The notes below the pieces were generated by a model. The model did not search any database. It was not told where the DNA came from and saw only the letters and a list, made by a program, of their open reading frames with translations. Positions 37,101 through 37,874 of a stretch of 37,874 nucleotides of DNA are shown here, one piece after another (the stretch's first letter is position 1; each line of letters opens with the position of its first letter). Source of the stretch: Lentisphaeria bacterium (lineage in GTDB: Bacteria > Verrucomicrobiota > Lentisphaeria > JABSQK01 > JAWLHB01); NCBI GenBank assembly GCA_041690595.1, contig JAWLHB010000015.1, forward strand, positions 124,001 to 161,874, written 5' to 3'. Both the position numbers and the translations under genes were made by a program.

Positions 37101-37874
37101 GCTGCCGACATTCTCGCTCACCGTCACCGAGTCGGGCAGTGTCACCAGTGGCTTGTCGTTGTCGAGGATGGTCAGCGTGGCCTGGCTGCTGACGAGAAGC
37201 GCGTTCACTGGGGTGCTCAGTTGCAGGGAGACGGTCCTGCTCCCGTCTGCAACGTCATTGCCGATCGTGGTCACGGGGACGGTGATCGTACCGCTGCTGC
37301 CGGAGGTCCAGGTGAGAGTCTGGGTGACGCTGGTGTAGTCGGCCGGGGCCGTCGCGGTACCGTCGGCGGTGCTGAAGAGGACGCTGACGTCCGTCTGGCT
37401 CTGGTGGGTCATCGTCACCGGCACGGTGGCAATACCGCCCTCGATCACGGAGACGTTCCCGATGCTGAGGGTCGGGGTCTCGTCGTTGTCGAGGATGGTT
37501 GCGGTGCCGGTGAGGTTTCGGGAGAGGTTCCGAAGGGTGAAGCTCTCGTTGGGTTCGTCCAGTTCATCGTCGAGGATGGTTACGGATATGGTCCGGGTGC
37601 CCTGTTCGCCGGCCGACCAGCCGATGCTCTCTACATGGGCCGCATAGTCGCTGCCGGCGATGGCGGTGCCGTCCTGAGTCGTGAAGGCGAGGGTTATGTC
37701 TTCGGCGAAGGCTCCGTTCAGATCGATGCTGAAGATCGCCGTTCCGTCACCTTCCCCGACTTGCGGGTTGCTGATGCTGAAGGTGGGCTCCGCCTCGTCG
37801 TCCAGCACCGTCAGCAGAAGCTCGTTGCCGGTGGTTGTCGCGCCAATCGTCTGGATGACGGTGAAGCTGTAGGC
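31116..37874 (-). CDS. Giant Calx-beta repeat surface protein/adhesin, 5' truncated by window edge
   Basis: Frame is open from the window end (AYSFTVIQ...). About 17 complete Calx-beta units (EG.G...T.DGTA..G.DY...GTLTW.PGE...I.DD...E..E.F...L...TI.DND), followed by a ~360-aa non-repeat-type C-terminus. Confidence 0.95.
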   Translation of the reverse strand, partial: AYSFTVIQTIGATTTGNELLLTVLDDEAEPTFSISNPQVGEGDGTAIFSIDLNGAFAEDITLAFTTQDGTAIAGSDYAAHVESIGWSAGEQGTRTISVTILDDELDEPNESFTLRNLSRNLTGTATILDNDETPTLSIGNVSVIEGGIATVPVTMTHQSQTDVSVLFSTADGTATAPADYTSVTQTLTWTSGSSGTITVPVTTIGNDVADGSRTVSLQLSTPVNALLVSSQATLTILDNDKPLVTLPDSVTVSENVGSVTLTFMITGVSDTPVSIGVSLIGAAGAADIASGPFTLTWLPGQSAPIDLVLDVVDDTWHEGTELFTYQVMELQNAALSASSFSVTVEDNDPTPTLSIGDVSVIEGGMATVPVTMIGQSQADVSVLFSTADGTATAPADYTSVTQTLTWTSGSTGTINVPVTTINNDVAHGSRTVSLQLSTPVNALLVSSQATLTILDDDKPRIEIPATARVNENAGNAEISIGIVGISDVAVSVTLELSDPAGANAVGSGPFTLTWAPVETTARTLTIPVIDNEVYQGERAYSFTVIQTIGATTTGNELLLTVLDDEAEPTFSISNPQVGEGDGTAIFSIDLNGAFAEDITLAFTTQDGTAIAGSDYAAHVESIGWSAGEQGTRTISVTILDDELDEPNESFTLRNLSRNLTGTATILDNDNTPTLSIGDAVVTEGGAAEVTITMVGLSQADVSVLFSTADGTATAPDDYGQVEQVVSWSPGTAGSRTLLVTTQDDTVAEGTETVQLTLATPAFAEIAVGHALLRIIDNDRPTVLLPTSAIVSESQKTAQIAVAIDGISDEPVSVTVQLRDAAGATDVAPGPFTLTWEPGDRTDKLLSIAIVPDDLYEGNESFLYEVRDSSNAILANTTMLLTVEDDDAQPTLSVAGLEVAENQGPANVAVTLTGRSASPISVRFSMSDIAARNGIDYQQVTQVLSWSPGTTGTQIVQVPLINDSIYEPTETAQLLLSNPVGALLANGTGTLTILDDEVEPTVMVADLSVAESIFNGMATLTFSLSGPSSLPISIQYVTVDGTASTPGDYASASGTLTWPPLDTAPRQIGIAIVNDEIHEDDENLTVQYSSGDTSLGQVTVTIRNDDAAPTLEVVDSTIDEGDGTGIVTIRMTGQTDRQVEATYATSDGTAISDVDYVGNAGSFVWLPGESGDRTFTITVLEDNLSETNETVIVAILNASNAEVVKGQGQVRIIDNDSSQVSAIDVSYGEATALVPVQVRLDTPSALAVSVNVQVTGRTATPGLDFVPIGGTIRWLPGESGIKSFNVQLIDDDLYEGAESILVTLSNSVNANIDQLVGVITIVDNESPPTFAIAGTQVSESSSGAAQSIARGTVTMSGKSQAPVTIEYATEPGTAQVDVDYVAVSGNLTWQPGTTGAKTIEIPIIADNVVEADESFRVLFRTLVAAGSTRGEATVTILDDDLAPSVSVLDTRVHEAGGLATVTCQLWGNSQQPVSVDYVVEDGTATADDDYTPVSGTLTWLPGESGFRTFSVPVLDDDLAEIDEHVVITLLNPQGLTIYRGTAYGTIVDDEIPTVSIAESLEVSEEEPSGAIRLTATMTGLSSSVVWVGYESIDATAIGGKDFQTASGVLAWQPGETGERTITIPLINDDIYEQEPNESFAVVLESPVNALLSGDRAEITIIDTDPDVTIDILDVTVLESDGEGLVTVRMTGRSNFPTSVDYATIGGTAVVGEDYTPASGTLTWQPEETGELTFAIPLIDNDYYEPLKFILVQISNFDSHQDGEIGTTDIGTTTALVTLQDDEPQPMVTVEDAEVEEGGLVTITVNMPTRSFEPVSVQYATEDNTATAGSDYIPTSGTLTWEAFESGPKTFTVQTLDDSEAEGLNEVFNIRLSDVAGGTFGNGGLGFVIVTENDASQHVLYAMTIRGGSYGPGPAAVSKIGWLVYTPAHQLATMVWYHANSNPLQGGIERWHDGKLVIDQLSGLSNNFSLSTAMSTGTDGIVDSYAYRRLLGTIVDDVGTGNGETLSIPIALSGEAYDGTADPGLLRLLALTARFAPEETSILNGANLPHERAVNLVYEDLFGTLPPETVAVTPETEAGAIEDLVRVYNLSLPATRLRHDGSITTITYTGYVAIAPAAREAVAVLYANEGSGLQSTVEVWSGNPGMMYSVLELGVPYESIATIGASAENPDLSFQLLYGAKTGNMLPVFGIEGTIPVSMSGFYRNQRAGQELTIGTMTLGINVAETGTTLDNEESAREAIDRLRAQVNSRLRLR
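35868..37874. repeat. Intragenic DNA-level duplications within the Calx-beta gene
   Basis: 35868-36260 is near-identical to 37482-37874 (offset 1614 bp). About 36500-36830 is highly similar to about 37150-37480 (offset 651 bp). Both offsets are multiples of 3. Confidence 0.95.

Overview
GC-rich bacterial chromosomal window. The gene content (prepilin/H-X9-DG protein, GntR-HTH + LacI-sensor regulators, DUF4838 protein, cytoplasmic Ser/Thr kinase) suggests a PVC-superphylum organism, probably Lentisphaerota-like; this is inference. It holds about 27 CDS. Housekeeping genes are rseP, thpR, eda, aroA, deaD, sodN, proB and rph. There is also a five-gene stress-type cluster (SDR, ion-channel protein, ZIP-like membrane protein, HAD phosphatase, DUF421), a translationally coupled regulator-oxidoreductase-prepilin-DUF4838 operon, an SPFH/Zn-ribbon pair and the 3' part of a giant Calx-beta repeat protein. 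Three things stand out. (1) A Cof-type HAD phosphatase whose four catalytic motifs are circularly permuted, in the order III-IV-I-II (4217-5116). (2) A ~1.2-kb non-coding 'repeat island' (2186-3270) that stacks several unrelated repeat families: a modular array of two alternating cores on a shared linker, a triple-hairpin element and an 8x28-bp tandem array, with a sigma70-like promoter pointing into it and no transposase in the window. (3) An unrecognised, tandemly duplicated C-terminal domain on the Calx-beta protein. No tRNA, rRNA, CRISPR array or intact transposase was seen. Start codons were adjusted by eye from the ORF track.
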